Below are positions 1 through 7,923 of a DNA stretch of 46,559 bases, piece by piece. The stretch's first letter is position 1. Each line of letters starts with the position of its first letter. The position numbers were made by a program, and so were the translations under genes. The notes below the pieces were generated by a model. It saw only the letters and a program-made list of their open reading frames with translations, had not been told where the DNA came from and ran no database searches. Source of the DNA: a virus. Lineage: Duplodnaviria; Caudoviricetes. The stretch covers positions 1 through 46,559 of the IMG/VR virus record IMGVR_UViG_3300022178_004311. The stretch is one strand, 5' to 3'.

Positions 1-162
1 GTCCTCTTGTATCATGTCTATCTTGAATCCGTACTGGAACCCTGAGCATCCTCCCCCTTCCACGTATACTCTTACTACCTCTCCTTCTTCTATTAATGAT
101 AAACACTTCTTCTTTGCGTTATCTGTTAATATAAAGGCTTGGGGTATATAATTGGTAATCAT
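1..162 (-). CDS. HesB/IscA/ErpA family A-type Fe-S cluster carrier (5' part; runs off the window)
   Basis: Not in the ORF track. Manual translation from ATG at 162: [54 protein letters not shown]; contains the A-type carrier signature [14 protein letters not shown]. Confidence 0.88.
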   Translation of the reverse strand, partial: MITNYIPQAFILTDNAKKKCLSLIEEGEVVRVYVEGGGCSGFQYGFKIDMIQED

Positions 163-164
163 TG

Positions 165-362
165 CTATAGGTCTATTACGAAGGGCTTGTCTTTCCATTC
201 TGGGGAGGACATTAGATCATAGTAGTAGTTGACTGTACCTTGACTATGTGATCGTAGGATCAAGTGTCCATCGTGCGTCATTAAGACATATTGGCCATAC
301 TCGTCTCTTGTTACTTCAAGTGAGTCATGGCCCCGTATCTTAATTCTCTCTATCTCTTTCAA
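165..362 (-). CDS. hypothetical protein
   Basis: 65 aa ORF tightly packed between neighbours on the coding strand. Confidence 0.6.
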   Translation of the reverse strand: MKEIERIKIRGHDSLEVTRDEYGQYVLMTHDGHLILRSHSQGTVNYYYDLMSSPEWKDKPFVIDL

Positions 363-499
363 TAGTCTTCCATTATGTCTATGGTAATCATATCATTCTG
401 GATGAGTTGTATCTCTTCTGTTAGATCATTGTACTCAATTGAGTCTTCTATGAGCTTATCACGTTGCTCTATTAGGTCTTGTAGAGTTGTCTTGTTCAT
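359..499 (-). CDS. small acidic hypothetical protein (MNKTTLQDL...)
   Basis: ATGA overlap with the upstream small ORF; re-called start within track ORF 359..613. Confidence 0.55.
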   Translation of the reverse strand: MNKTTLQDLIEQRDKLIEDSIEYNDLTEEIQLIQNDMITIDIMEDY

Positions 500-591
500 C
501 GGTTTTGTATTGCATCCAAAATAAAATACCCAATAATAGTTACGGACATGATAAGCCAGAATCCACCTGCTTCTCCAAATATCTCCATCAT
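496..591 (-). CDS. small membrane peptide MMEIFGEAGGFWLIMSVTIIGYFILDAIQNR
   Basis: GGAGGT Shine-Dalgarno before ATG, one hydrophobic helix, ATGA overlap with the next gene, downstream of a late promoter. Confidence 0.6.
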   Translation of the reverse strand: MMEIFGEAGGFWLIMSVTIIGYFILDAIQNR

Positions 592-635
592 AACCTCCGC
601 TAAAGACAGACACCTGTCCTGTGATTGGTTATAAT

Positions 636-643
636 TATTTATA
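636..643 (-). promoter_or_regulatory. T4-type late promoter TATAAATA
   Basis: Exact match in an intergenic gap. Confidence 0.7.
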
Positions 644-654
644 ATTGATCTTCA

Positions 655-885
655 TCACATAATAACTTCGAAATCATCCTGGCAATTGGGACCATACATC
701 TTCTTATACGTTACATACATGGTCGTGCTCATAATGACTCCTGCCCCTATCGCTACCTCAACAGGAGCTGCAATCAGTAGTGGAGGAGTCATTAGCAAGC
801 CTGGTGCTACATGCTTAATACATGGGTCGACCCTAATCGATTCACACCCTGCTAACAATAAACATAACAGTAATATTCTCTTCAT
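655..885 (-). CDS. putative lipoprotein
   Basis: MKRILLLCLLLAGC lipobox plus a further hydrophobic segment. Confidence 0.65.
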   Translation of the reverse strand: MKRILLLCLLLAGCESIRVDPCIKHVAPGLLMTPPLLIAAPVEVAIGAGVIMSTTMYVTYKKMYGPNCQDDFEVIM

Positions 886-1112
886 CTGACTATCTCTATA
901 TCTGCTTCAGTCTCTATCACTACCCTAGCACCACAGCTCAGTATCTTATCTCCATTCTCCCCATACCTTACCGTACTAGGACCTTTAATCGATACTTCAC
1001 TGCAATACGTATTACTCTTTCCTTCCTTAATAGTAATAACAGGCTCGGCTGTTCCGTTCTTGATATTAGACTTTATCTTATGCTGATTAACATGAATATA
1101 CTTCTTAGACAT
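882..1112 (-). CDS. conserved phage hypothetical protein
   Basis: IHVNQHKI...PVITIK...LSCGARVVIET pattern familiar from phage proteins; ATGA overlap. Confidence 0.7.
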   Translation of the reverse strand: MSKKYIHVNQHKIKSNIKNGTAEPVITIKEGKSNTYCSEVSIKGPSTVRYGENGDKILSCGARVVIETEADIEIVR

Positions 1113-1410
1113 AAGTCACCCCATACACTCCTCTTGGCATTAACTTAGTATCTAGCTTCTTCTTCATCGATATAGTATCATACGCCTCATTAAACCTTGG
1201 AAGATACTTATCGATCAGCCTTCCCTCTAACACAAGGATCTCTTCCTCCGTCCTCATAGAAGGATATACCAACCACTCAAACTTCATCTCAGGCGATAAT
1301 GCTTTACGGAACTTAGTCATCGTATACCCCTTACCCTCAGCATTACGATGATTGCCCTCCAACTTATCCAACTTCAAACAAGTACTTCCAACGTATATTA
1401 TATTATCCAT
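1105..1410 (-). CDS. small GIY-YIG-like protein
   Basis: IIYVGST near the N-terminus, then LEGRLIDKYLPRFN resembling the E...I...P.N end of the GIY-YIG domain. Confidence 0.5.
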   Translation of the reverse strand: MDNIIYVGSTCLKLDKLEGNHRNAEGKGYTMTKFRKALSPEMKFEWLVYPSMRTEEEILVLEGRLIDKYLPRFNEAYDTISMKKKLDTKLMPRGVYGVTYV

Positions 1411-1579
1411 TCGTCACTTCCCTTCGAGATATCTGTCCCATGTACAAACCATACACAAACGTCTTCCTACCCTTCTTAGTAATAAGACTAGCCCCATCGA
1501 ACTCAAGTATCTTTTCTTTGCCTTCTCGCTTGAGCTCGTTCTTTAGTTGTGTTAGGCTGTTGTACGTCTTCCTTAGCAT
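1403..1579 (-). CDS. hypothetical protein (58 aa, MLRKTYNSLTQLKNELKREGKEKILEFDG...)
   Basis: Manual translation; below the ORF track cutoff; purine-rich RBS; overlaps the next gene. Confidence 0.55.
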   Translation of the reverse strand: MLRKTYNSLTQLKNELKREGKEKILEFDGASLITKKGRKTFVYGLYMGQISRREVTNG

Positions 1580-1655
1580 CCTCTACCCTCTTTCGTAATT
1601 CTGATGATGAGAACCTATGTTGTCGTTTGTTATATTAGGTGATTCCTATAGTCAT
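1503..1655 (-). pseudogene. internally deleted remnant of a TagD-like cytidylyltransferase gene
   Basis: Reads MTIGIT*YNKRQHRFSSSELRKRV, matching the first and last motifs of the intact paralog at 4307..4750 (MGRVGIT... YNSRDHSFSTTQLRTRV) with the middle missing. Confidence 0.75.
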
Positions 1656-1894
1656 TCAACAATACCTTGAATGTGCTGCTCTTCTATCGCTAGCATTCCC
1701 TTACTAATATCCTGTCCCTTACTCCAATCGGCTACGACCTTATCCAGCAATTGCACGTCTTTACACAAAGGACCAATGCCTTGCACGACTCCAACGAGTG
1801 TATCAGTGCTGTTGCCTTGAATAATAATACCTGACTCGGTTGTATTCTCTTGCTTCTTGAAGTTAACTACTACTATGTTGCGTGTAGGCCTCAT
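1652..1894 (-). CDS. groES: co-chaperonin GroES (Cpn10)
   Basis: MRPTRNIVVV...ENTTESGIII mobile loop, VVQGIGP, DKV, IQGIVE C-terminus. Confidence 0.88.
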   Translation of the reverse strand: MRPTRNIVVVNFKKQENTTESGIIIQGNSTDTLVGVVQGIGPLCKDVQLLDKVVADWSKGQDISKGMLAIEEQHIQGIVE

Positions 1895-1992
1895 CGCTTA
1901 TTCCTTTCGTTTATAATGTACAATCCAATAGCAAATCCCATATAACACATGGAAAAAATAGCAAATGAGCCTATTACCTGCTCAATATTCAT
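1891..1992 (-). CDS. small membrane peptide (33 aa)
   Basis: MNIEQVIGSFAIFSMCYMGFAIGLYIINERNKR; ATGA overlaps at both ends. Confidence 0.5.
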   Translation of the reverse strand: MNIEQVIGSFAIFSMCYMGFAIGLYIINERNKR

Positions 1993-2084
1993 GTTAGCAG
2001 CGCCATCCCTACACACATTACGAGTAGAAGCAATAGCATGCTACCTATGATAGCTTTACCTTCATCGTGATCATCAGGTGGCAT
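1989..2084 (-). CDS. small membrane peptide (31 aa)
   Basis: MPPDDHDEGKAIIGSMLLLLLVMCVGMALLT; GGAG RBS; ATGA overlap downstream. Confidence 0.5.
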   Translation of the reverse strand: MPPDDHDEGKAIIGSMLLLLLVMCVGMALLT

Positions 2085-2262
2085 CGTAGTACTCCAGTGC
2101 TTGTTCTATTTGTAAGGTTCCTTCGCATGATAGACCTAAATTTTCCCATGTCATGGTAAACTTATCCATCTCATATGCATGAACTTTAAAGTCATTCCTC
2201 CTACGCTGATCAAGATCGATCACGTTAAGGCCTGGGTTGAAGCGAGAGGTTTCATTGCTCAT
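2074..2262 (-). CDS. hypothetical protein
   Basis: AGGAGA RBS, packed ORF. Confidence 0.6.
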   Translation of the reverse strand: MSNETSRFNPGLNVIDLDQRRRNDFKVHAYEMDKFTMTWENLGLSCEGTLQIEQALEYYDAT

Positions 2263-2275
2263 TTACAATCTCCTA

Positions 2276-2554
2276 TTAGTCATCGACTACAATGTCTTCT
2301 AAACCAATATCACCAATACTTTCCATCATGTCATCACTGCTACCAGTACCGCTCATCATATCAGCATTGTCTTCTGGAGAGTAACCCATCATGTCATCAT
2401 CAGGAGCAGACACCCTCAATACTTCCAAAGCTATCTCATGAGCTTTAGAAGCAATCTCGTACTGATTCATTCCAGTCTTTTTAGTGATAAGTGCCTGAGC
2501 CATCATTAACGTAGCTTGTTCCAATTTTGTTAAATTCATATGTACTCTCGTCAA
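2276..2554 (-). CDS. hypothetical protein with acidic Met/Asp-rich tail
   Basis: ORF track; packed on the coding strand. Confidence 0.6.
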   Translation of the reverse strand: MTRVHMNLTKLEQATLMMAQALITKKTGMNQYEIASKAHEIALEVLRVSAPDDDMMGYSPEDNADMMSGTGSSDDMMESIGDIGLEDIVVDD

Positions 2555-2762
2555 TTATTCCATCCATCCAATTCTCTTTGATGTCTTTGATCCAATGTAT
2601 ACTTTTGTCACTGACGTCAGCTACTATCACATCGACACCATCCTCAAGAAGAACTATGTACAGTCTTCCGTTATCAAACCTAATATCACTCGACCTCATC
2701 AGCATCATCCTCTTGTCGTTCAATATCTTCTTCGTCACAGGTATCACCATACTGAATCTCAA
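2481..2762 (-). CDS. hypothetical protein (true start probably downstream, near 2706)
   Basis: ORF track; overlaps both neighbours. Confidence 0.45.
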   Translation of the reverse strand: MRFSMVIPVTKKILNDKRMMLMRSSDIRFDNGRLYIVLLEDGVDVIVADVSDKSIHWIKDIKENWMDGIIDESTYEFNKIGTSYVNDGSGTYH

Positions 2763-3030
2763 TGATAACTAACTCTTCATCACTATCATTGATCAGCTTG
2801 TGCCATCCTCCAGCTGGTATCTCTATCATCGAATGAGCCTCTAGCCTGAAGTTGGTGTTCCTATAGAGTTCTACAATTCCTCTTCCCTCTACAACATGCC
2901 ACAGCTCATTACGAGACGCATGCTTTTGACGTGATAGAGATGAGTTAGGATTAACTACAAGACGCTTAACCTTAGTCGTGTTATCCTCATGCTCATACAA
3001 TACCGACCACTTACCCCAAGGACGATCCAC
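2686..3030 (-). CDS. cupin of the type II phosphomannose isomerase C-terminal family
   Basis: RPWG, KVKRLVVNP..SLSRQKH..RNELWHVVEG, IP.GGWHKL.N, IIEIQYG...EEDIER. Confidence 0.85.
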   Translation of the reverse strand: MDRPWGKWSVLYEHEDNTTKVKRLVVNPNSSLSRQKHASRNELWHVVEGRGIVELYRNTNFRLEAHSMIEIPAGGWHKLINDSDEELVIIEIQYGDTCDEEDIERQEDDADEVE

Positions 3031-3194
3031 TATACCATCTCCTCAACAACACCAAGCAGCTCAGCTACGAACAAAGATGCTCCTGCTCCAACCAGATTGC
3101 CTAGAACAAGACAGCATGCCGCTATCATTCTAAAACCGCTCTTTACTAAGCTCACATAGAAGTGACCCTTGCTTGTATCTTTAGGTTGAATCAT
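3030..3194 (-). CDS. small membrane protein
   Basis: Manual translation MIQPKDTSKGHFYVSLVKSGFRMIAACCLVLGNLVGAGASLFVAELLGVVEEMV; AGGAGA RBS. Confidence 0.65.
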   Translation of the reverse strand: MIQPKDTSKGHFYVSLVKSGFRMIAACCLVLGNLVGAGASLFVAELLGVVEEMV

Positions 3195-3208
3195 TATAGC
3201 GTCTCCTA

Positions 3209-4099
3209 TTAGAAATCGTCGTACTTGCCAGTAAGATCTGTATTCAAAGCCTTCTCAATCATACTCATAACATCAGGTGATTTCTTTGGTGTTGGTGCAT
3301 GCTTTGACTTTTTAGAATTTCTCTTCTTCTTACCAGTAGCTTTCTTAGCTGGAACTTCTTCCACAGCTGCAGCAGCTTTCTTAGTAGGAGTCTTCTTAGG
3401 TGTTGGCTTCTTCGCAACCTTTTCAGAGATTGGAATTACCGGAGCTAGCTCTTCGATCTCTTGAGCAGGAGGCTCAGGTACTTCAGCAGTCACTTCCATC
3501 TCGGCACTCTTGAGAGACTTGAAGTAGAACCGAGACTTAGTTACTTTCACACTAACTACATTAACACTGTCTGGCTTAGAGTCAGGACTCAGTTCGGCAT
3601 GAAGCTCTTTTAACCAGGCGCGAAGACTTTGACGTAGCTCTTTTTTCTGACCGGCAGCTACTAATATGTTGAGTACCTTATTGACACTCATAATGTTCTT
3701 GGTGATGTCACTCCTACGCTCAGGTGTAATATCACATACTATAGTGGCATCGAATGGTCCACCCTTGATAATTGTTCCTGTCGGAGTTGTTACATCATCA
3801 CCCGGATACCTACTCACATACACTACATCATTCTCGCAGACACCGATCATCGGCTCGTTAAAGCAAGACTTAGCGTCGATAGCATATGTGTTTCCATCGC
3901 TGGTAACAACTCCAATATAACTACTCATTCCCTCAGCAGGCTTCGTAGTATAGAATATCTCAGCAGGTAGGTTTTTCGATGGATCTTCAGGAGATCGAAG
4001 ATAGAATATACCCATGTACTTGGCATTAAGAGTCTTCTCGTAGAACTCTACTAGAGATTCGTCTTTCAAGTACAAAGGCTTTCGTTGGTGTAGTTTCAT
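3209..4099 (-). CDS. hypothetical protein with Lys/Ala/Pro-rich C-terminal tail
   Basis: 296 aa ORF; tail KKPTPKKTPTKKAAAAVEEVPAKKATGKKKRNSKKSK. Confidence 0.75.
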   Translation of the reverse strand: MKLHQRKPLYLKDESLVEFYEKTLNAKYMGIFYLRSPEDPSKNLPAEIFYTTKPAEGMSSYIGVVTSDGNTYAIDAKSCFNEPMIGVCENDVVYVSRYPGDDVTTPTGTIIKGGPFDATIVCDITPERRSDITKNIMSVNKVLNILVAAGQKKELRQSLRAWLKELHAELSPDSKPDSVNVVSVKVTKSRFYFKSLKSAEMEVTAEVPEPPAQEIEELAPVIPISEKVAKKPTPKKTPTKKAAAAVEEVPAKKATGKKKRNSKKSKHAPTPKKSPDVMSMIEKALNTDLTGKYDDF

Positions 4100-4299
4100 G
4101 ATATATTCTCAAGATAGGTAAAATACTGATTATAGTTGTCGATTGCCTGCATAACAAATGGAAGTATGAGTAGGATTGCTAATATAATAGCAGCGAACTC
4201 AGTTAAACCTTCTGTAACGAACAGCACAAGCTCGATACCACAAATAAACGCTAAAAATTTCATCATATACATCATACCATTATTAGATAGTGAAGACAA
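4096..4299 (-). CDS. membrane protein (2 TM)
   Basis: Two hydrophobic segments. Confidence 0.55.
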   Translation of the reverse strand: MSSLSNNGMMYMMKFLAFICGIELVLFVTEGLTEFAAIILAILLILPFVMQAIDNYNQYFTYLENIS

Positions 4300-4306
4300 C
4301 GCTGTC

Positions 4307-4750
4307 TTAATATTCTTTGAGATTGCTTATTCGTTCACGCTCTCGCTCGAGTACACGAGTTCTCAATTGGGTTGTTGAGAAGGAATGGTCACGTGAGTTA
4401 TAGATGATCTCGATATTCTTCTTATCGCACTCTCTCTTGCCAGTGAAGTCTTTTCCATCATACTCGACACCGAGAATACGAACATCGATAGGTAGAGCAA
4501 TCATAATGTCTGCGAGATCTCTCTCTGTATTGTAGACGACAATGTCATCTACGAAGGTGCAAGCAGCTAATTGAATCTGTCTCTCGACTAGACTCTGTAC
4601 TGGAGCGTTCTTCGTATCACGATCCACTGATGGATCATTCTGCAGTGCACATATTAGAAAGTCACAATGCTTCTTACACTCAGAAAGCATCATGACATGG
4701 CCTGCATGAAGTAAATCGAATGTGCTGGCTGTTATACCAACTCGACCCAT
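4307..4750 (-). CDS. glycerol-3-phosphate cytidylyltransferase-like (TagD family, HxGH nucleotidyltransferase)
   Basis: GITASTFDLLHAGH, PVQSLVER, VDDIVVY, RDHSFSTT; start re-called to MGRVGIT. Confidence 0.9.
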   Translation of the reverse strand: MGRVGITASTFDLLHAGHVMMLSECKKHCDFLICALQNDPSVDRDTKNAPVQSLVERQIQLAACTFVDDIVVYNTERDLADIMIALPIDVRILGVEYDGKDFTGKRECDKKNIEIIYNSRDHSFSTTQLRTRVLERERERISNLKEY

Positions 4751-4763
4751 ATAGTCGTTGAAC

Positions 4764-4865
4764 TTAATCTTCACCGTGCAATAGCTCCTTAATTTGCTCA
4801 ATCAGCTCAAGGAGCTCTTCTGAGTCCTTCTCTGTGTCTATTTCTACTTCTATTTTAATCTTCAT
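4764..4865 (-). CDS. small acidic hypothetical protein
   Basis: Manual translation MKIKIEVEIDTEKDSEELLELIEQIKELLHGED. Confidence 0.55.
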   Translation of the reverse strand: MKIKIEVEIDTEKDSEELLELIEQIKELLHGED

Positions 4866-4873
4866 TTAGTTAC

Positions 4874-5092
4874 TTACGCAAAGTTATATATGAGTCCACA
4901 AGCACCAACAGCTGTTATAGTGAAGTTGGTTACAATCAACGACTTCTCTTTCCATATCCACGATACAATTGACCACTGCACTCCGCTTAGCACCATAACG
5001 ATAGGACCATACGGGTAGAGTCCGAGACTATTGAGTAGTGTTCCTGCAATAAGAAAAAGAGTCGCTGACCACTTGAGGTACGTCAGAATCAT
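4874..5092 (-). CDS. membrane protein (3 TM)
   Basis: Hydrophobic throughout; LKWSAT..LNSLGLYP. Confidence 0.7.
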   Translation of the reverse strand: MILTYLKWSATLFLIAGTLLNSLGLYPYGPIVMVLSGVQWSIVSWIWKEKSLIVTNFTITAVGACGLIYNFA

Positions 5093-5328
5093 CGAGACAG
5101 GACTCCATATCCCTGTCCCTTCAACGCAAAGTTACTAATCTTAGTTAGTACTTGATCTCGGGCAACACGATCGTTCCTGAGCTCTCGTATGATCTGCTCG
5201 TTTGGTTGTCGGGATTCTTCAATCAGCTTGATACAATGCAGCTTGAAGTTACCAGTGGACATATTCGGATTGTTGTAAAGCTCATACACCTTCATAAGCT
5301 CAGCATCTTTTATCATAGGGTTTTTCAT
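5089..5328 (-). CDS. hypothetical protein
   Basis: Start re-called to MKNPMIK after a GAGGAG RBS and a sigma70 promoter. Confidence 0.65.
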   Translation of the reverse strand: MKNPMIKDAELMKVYELYNNPNMSTGNFKLHCIKLIEESRQPNEQIIRELRNDRVARDQVLTKISNFALKGQGYGVLSR

Positions 5329-5356
5329 GATGTTCTCCTCAGTTATCAGTATGGTA

Positions 5357-5385
5357 ATTATCCCAAATATAAACCAAAAGGTCAA
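5357..5385 (-). promoter_or_regulatory. sigma70-type early/middle promoter TTGACC-N17-GATAAT
   Basis: 17 bp spacer; shares the GTTGACyTT consensus with most of the other seven sites. Confidence 0.7.
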
Positions 5386-5651
5386 CCCTTATCAGGATAT
5401 CCCTCAGACCACTCAATTAGCGTGTTAGCCACGAAGGAACGCCATGCATCCTTGTCAAGACTCCATACGACAAAGCGATCATTGGTAGCAACCTGCTCTA
5501 CAATCTCTGTAACTTCATGAGGTTGATGGTTGAGCAGCTCAGGTTTGAGCGTGCATGGCATTATTCGGATATCATCCGTACCCACTTTCTTAAACTTCAC
5601 GGTAACAACGCCCTCGCGAGCTTTGTCTAGCAACTTCTGCATATCACTCAT
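5382..5651 (-). CDS. SH3/Sm-like WYL_2 (DUF2693-like) phage protein
   Basis: GVVTVKFKK..D.RIMPCTL ... VWSLDKDAWRSF pattern. Confidence 0.7.
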   Translation of the reverse strand: MSDMQKLLDKAREGVVTVKFKKVGTDDIRIMPCTLKPELLNHQPHEVTEIVEQVATNDRFVVWSLDKDAWRSFVANTLIEWSEGYPDKG

Positions 5652-5967
5652 CAATACTGTCCTCAGTCTCTTGCAGACCATCTTTATAGTCCTGGATCTG
5701 CTTCTTAGTTATCTTCAAGCCTTGGTCGATGACCATATCAATACTTGACACTCCGACCATCTCCATCTTATCGAGATTCAACCTAACGTGCCTGTGAAAA
5801 GGATAAGGCTTGGGCCGGAGTCCTTTATCATATACTCGCTGCCGATCGATAATCCAATCGGTAAGCATCTCATGGTTAGATTCGTACTTGAACTTATTAC
5901 GAAACCGTTCAACTACTTTCCAATTGATAGAGGAAGCTATTATTGCTCGTGGAACGTCACTAGTCAT
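5644..5967 (-). CDS. hypothetical protein
   Basis: ORF track; packed. Confidence 0.6.
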   Translation of the reverse strand: MTSDVPRAIIASSINWKVVERFRNKFKYESNHEMLTDWIIDRQRVYDKGLRPKPYPFHRHVRLNLDKMEMVGVSSIDMVIDQGLKITKKQIQDYKDGLQETEDSIDE

Positions 5968-6140
5968 TAGTTATAACCCTTGACAGCATCATGTGTGGAA
6001 GGTATCTCTGTTTTAGCCATCCCCAGAAGGACTCGAGCCTCGTCTCTAACCTCGGCTGTGACAGCCATACCGAAGGCATCGGGATCGAGCAATGACTTTA
6101 AGAAAACGTATACACGATCGGTGTTAAGATCCTGTGACAT
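5967..6140 (-). CDS. hypothetical protein (MSQDLNTDRVYVFLKSLLDPDAFG...)
   Basis: Manual translation; TAATG overlaps at both ends. Confidence 0.6.
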   Translation of the reverse strand: MSQDLNTDRVYVFLKSLLDPDAFGMAVTAEVRDEARVLLGMAKTEIPSTHDAVKGYN

Positions 6141-6277
6141 TAGCCCTGCCCCCTGTACTTCTTGTAGCTGCGCTTCTGGTTCTTGTTCATGCTAGACATC
6201 TTGACGTTTCGTCGACCAATCGAAGTCCGCTTGTTAGTAGGTTCTGCTGCTTTGTTATTACTATTTGTCAATGCCAT
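6140..6277 (-). CDS. small basic protein ending KRSYKKYRGQG
   Basis: Manual translation; C-terminal KKYRGQG motif recalled from T4-like marine phages; AAGGA RBS. Confidence 0.7.
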   Translation of the reverse strand: MALTNSNNKAAEPTNKRTSIGRRNVKMSSMNKNQKRSYKKYRGQG

Positions 6278-6288
6278 TCTAGTTTCCT

Positions 6289-6750
6289 TTACAATGTATA
6301 TTCGAAGTTGTTAGTCTTCTTATTTCTTGATAGCACCTTTGCTCCATTCTTTATGTGGAACGACTGAGCCATCTTGGTTTTCGGAGACATAGTTACTATT
6401 CGCGGACGTACCTTCTCATCCGCTTCACTATACTCCGATCGAACTATCTCAAGGACCGAGTTGATCAAATCAGTACCAGCACCTTTAGTATACGACCATA
6501 AGGTGTAGGGGACAATGACAAACTCGCCTGCGAGTTCTTCTTTTGCCATACTAACGAGCTCATCTTCATTAGTAGGGACTCCGTACCCGAATGACAGACA
6601 AACGACTGCTTGGGGCTCAGCACCTTCGAACAAGGCAAGCACCTTACGGCCGACATCCGTACGGAATTCAGCTGATAGGTGTGGACGAACAACGTCGTCT
6701 TTGATCAGAGGTGCTATCTCTTCTGTAGTTAATTCTCGTATATCTCTCAT
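6289..6750 (-). CDS. GNAT-like protein
   Basis: YTLWSYTKGAGTDLI resembles the acetyl-CoA binding motif A; A..FH.KNG resembles motif B. Confidence 0.5.
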   Translation of the reverse strand: MRDIRELTTEEIAPLIKDDVVRPHLSAEFRTDVGRKVLALFEGAEPQAVVCLSFGYGVPTNEDELVSMAKEELAGEFVIVPYTLWSYTKGAGTDLINSVLEIVRSEYSEADEKVRPRIVTMSPKTKMAQSFHIKNGAKVLSRNKKTNNFEYTL

Positions 6751-6770
6751 AATGTACTCACGATATGTTA

Positions 6771-7217
6771 TTAAAGTTCGTTCTCATGATCCATCAGGAA
6801 TCTTATATAGAGTCCTTCTTCACGTCCAAATGCTTCTATCTCCCACGGGGAGTCGTAATAGTCATCCATTTCATTCCGAGCAGCTTTCCACTTCACGCCA
6901 TTCCATCTACAGACAGTCGTGAACATCTTAAGCCGGCCAGTTGCAAACTGGACTAAGTGAACCAGCTCATGTGCAAGAGTCTGGAAGATAGATGTCTCCT
7001 CATGAGGATTAAGAATAATATCGAACACGCGAGGGCTCTTGCGAGATATCTCGTGCTCGCAGCTTCCTCTGGATTCGTCATGACGAATAAATATATTAAT
7101 AACTAAATCCTTGCGGATAGAATCACTTAGTTCTAATTTTGTTAAATAGTATGGAATGGCCATGTTAATCAGCCGTCGCATTTCTTTATTCACTCGGTTA
7201 GTGTAGTTAACAATCAT
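6771..7217 (-). CDS. zincin HEXXH metallopeptidase-like protein
   Basis: TLAHELVHLVQ and PWEIEA; start re-called to MIVNY after GAGGAG. Confidence 0.8.
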   Translation of the reverse strand: MIVNYTNRVNKEMRRLINMAIPYYLTKLELSDSIRKDLVINIFIRHDESRGSCEHEISRKSPRVFDIILNPHEETSIFQTLAHELVHLVQFATGRLKMFTTVCRWNGVKWKAARNEMDDYYDSPWEIEAFGREEGLYIRFLMDHENEL

Positions 7218-7241
7218 TCGCTTCTCCTCAATTGAATAGGT

Positions 7242-7270
7242 ATTATCTGAAATACTATTCAAAAGGTCAA
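7242..7270 (-). promoter_or_regulatory. sigma70-type promoter TTGACC-N17-GATAAT
   Basis: Consensus match with 17 bp spacer. Confidence 0.7.
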
Positions 7271-7302
7271 CAGTCTATAAAATACTGGAATAACAACGAG
7301 TT

Positions 7303-7923
7303 ATGTTCTTTCTATACTACAATCAACGTCAAAAGCAGCTAATAATCACCGATCTGAAGGCCAATGAACGGGATCTTGAGCTCTTAGAGACTAATCATTC
7401 TGTCGAATCTCTCGTCGTCAGGTCTGCTATGTACGTCAAGACTTACCAGTGTGAAGTGATTAACCGTGTCGAACAACACGTCAACAAGAGAGTAGTGAAC
7501 AAGATCAAGAATAAGAACGCACCGAGATATAAACATACCGAAGAATCCAAGAAGAAAATATCAGAGCGTGTCTCTGGCGAAAATAATGGAAGATACGGTG
7601 TTGTAGATCCCGAACATATAAAAATGTCTAAGTCTGAAAAGCTCAAGTTCTATTATCAGTATAATGTCCATGGTAAAAGCGGCTATAAAGATTCAGATGA
7701 AACAAAGAAGCAAAAGTCTTTAAACAATTGCAACAAGGGTGGTTGGGTCTGGATCTGCAATAGATCTCTAGGCGAAGAGAAAAGATGCAAGGGCGATATA
7801 CCTCATGGTTGGGTTCGTGGTAGGATCCAAGATCACTCAGCTGGCCTTAAGCGTTATAACGCCTCTCGAACTCGCTCCTCGCGTCAACAAACTTCCAAAT
7901 CCAAGAGTCGCGGCGTTCAGTAA
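7303..7923 (+). CDS. NUMOD3-repeat protein (homing-endonuclease-like, catalytic domain not recognised)
   Basis: HTEESKKKISERVSGENNGRYG, DSDETKKQKS, and WICN...EEK...IPHGWVRGR tail; antisense to neighbours. Confidence 0.7.
   Translation: MFFLYYNQRQKQLIITDLKANERDLELLETNHSVESLVVRSAMYVKTYQCEVINRVEQHVNKRVVNKIKNKNAPRYKHTEESKKKISERVSGENNGRYGVVDPEHIKMSKSEKLKFYYQYNVHGKSGYKDSDETKKQKSLNNCNKGGWVWICNRSLGEEKRCKGDIPHGWVRGRIQDHSAGLKRYNASRTRSSRQQTSKSKSRGVQ

Noticed and set aside
359-613. Single 84 aa ORF as given in the track
   Set aside because: Better explained as two coupled small genes (496..591 and 359..499) with a clear GGAGGT RBS
1635-1637. In-frame TAA as stop-codon readthrough or an alternative genetic code
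   Set aside because: TAA, TAG and TGA all end conserved genes normally, and readthrough would still lack the catalytic core; a deletion explains it better
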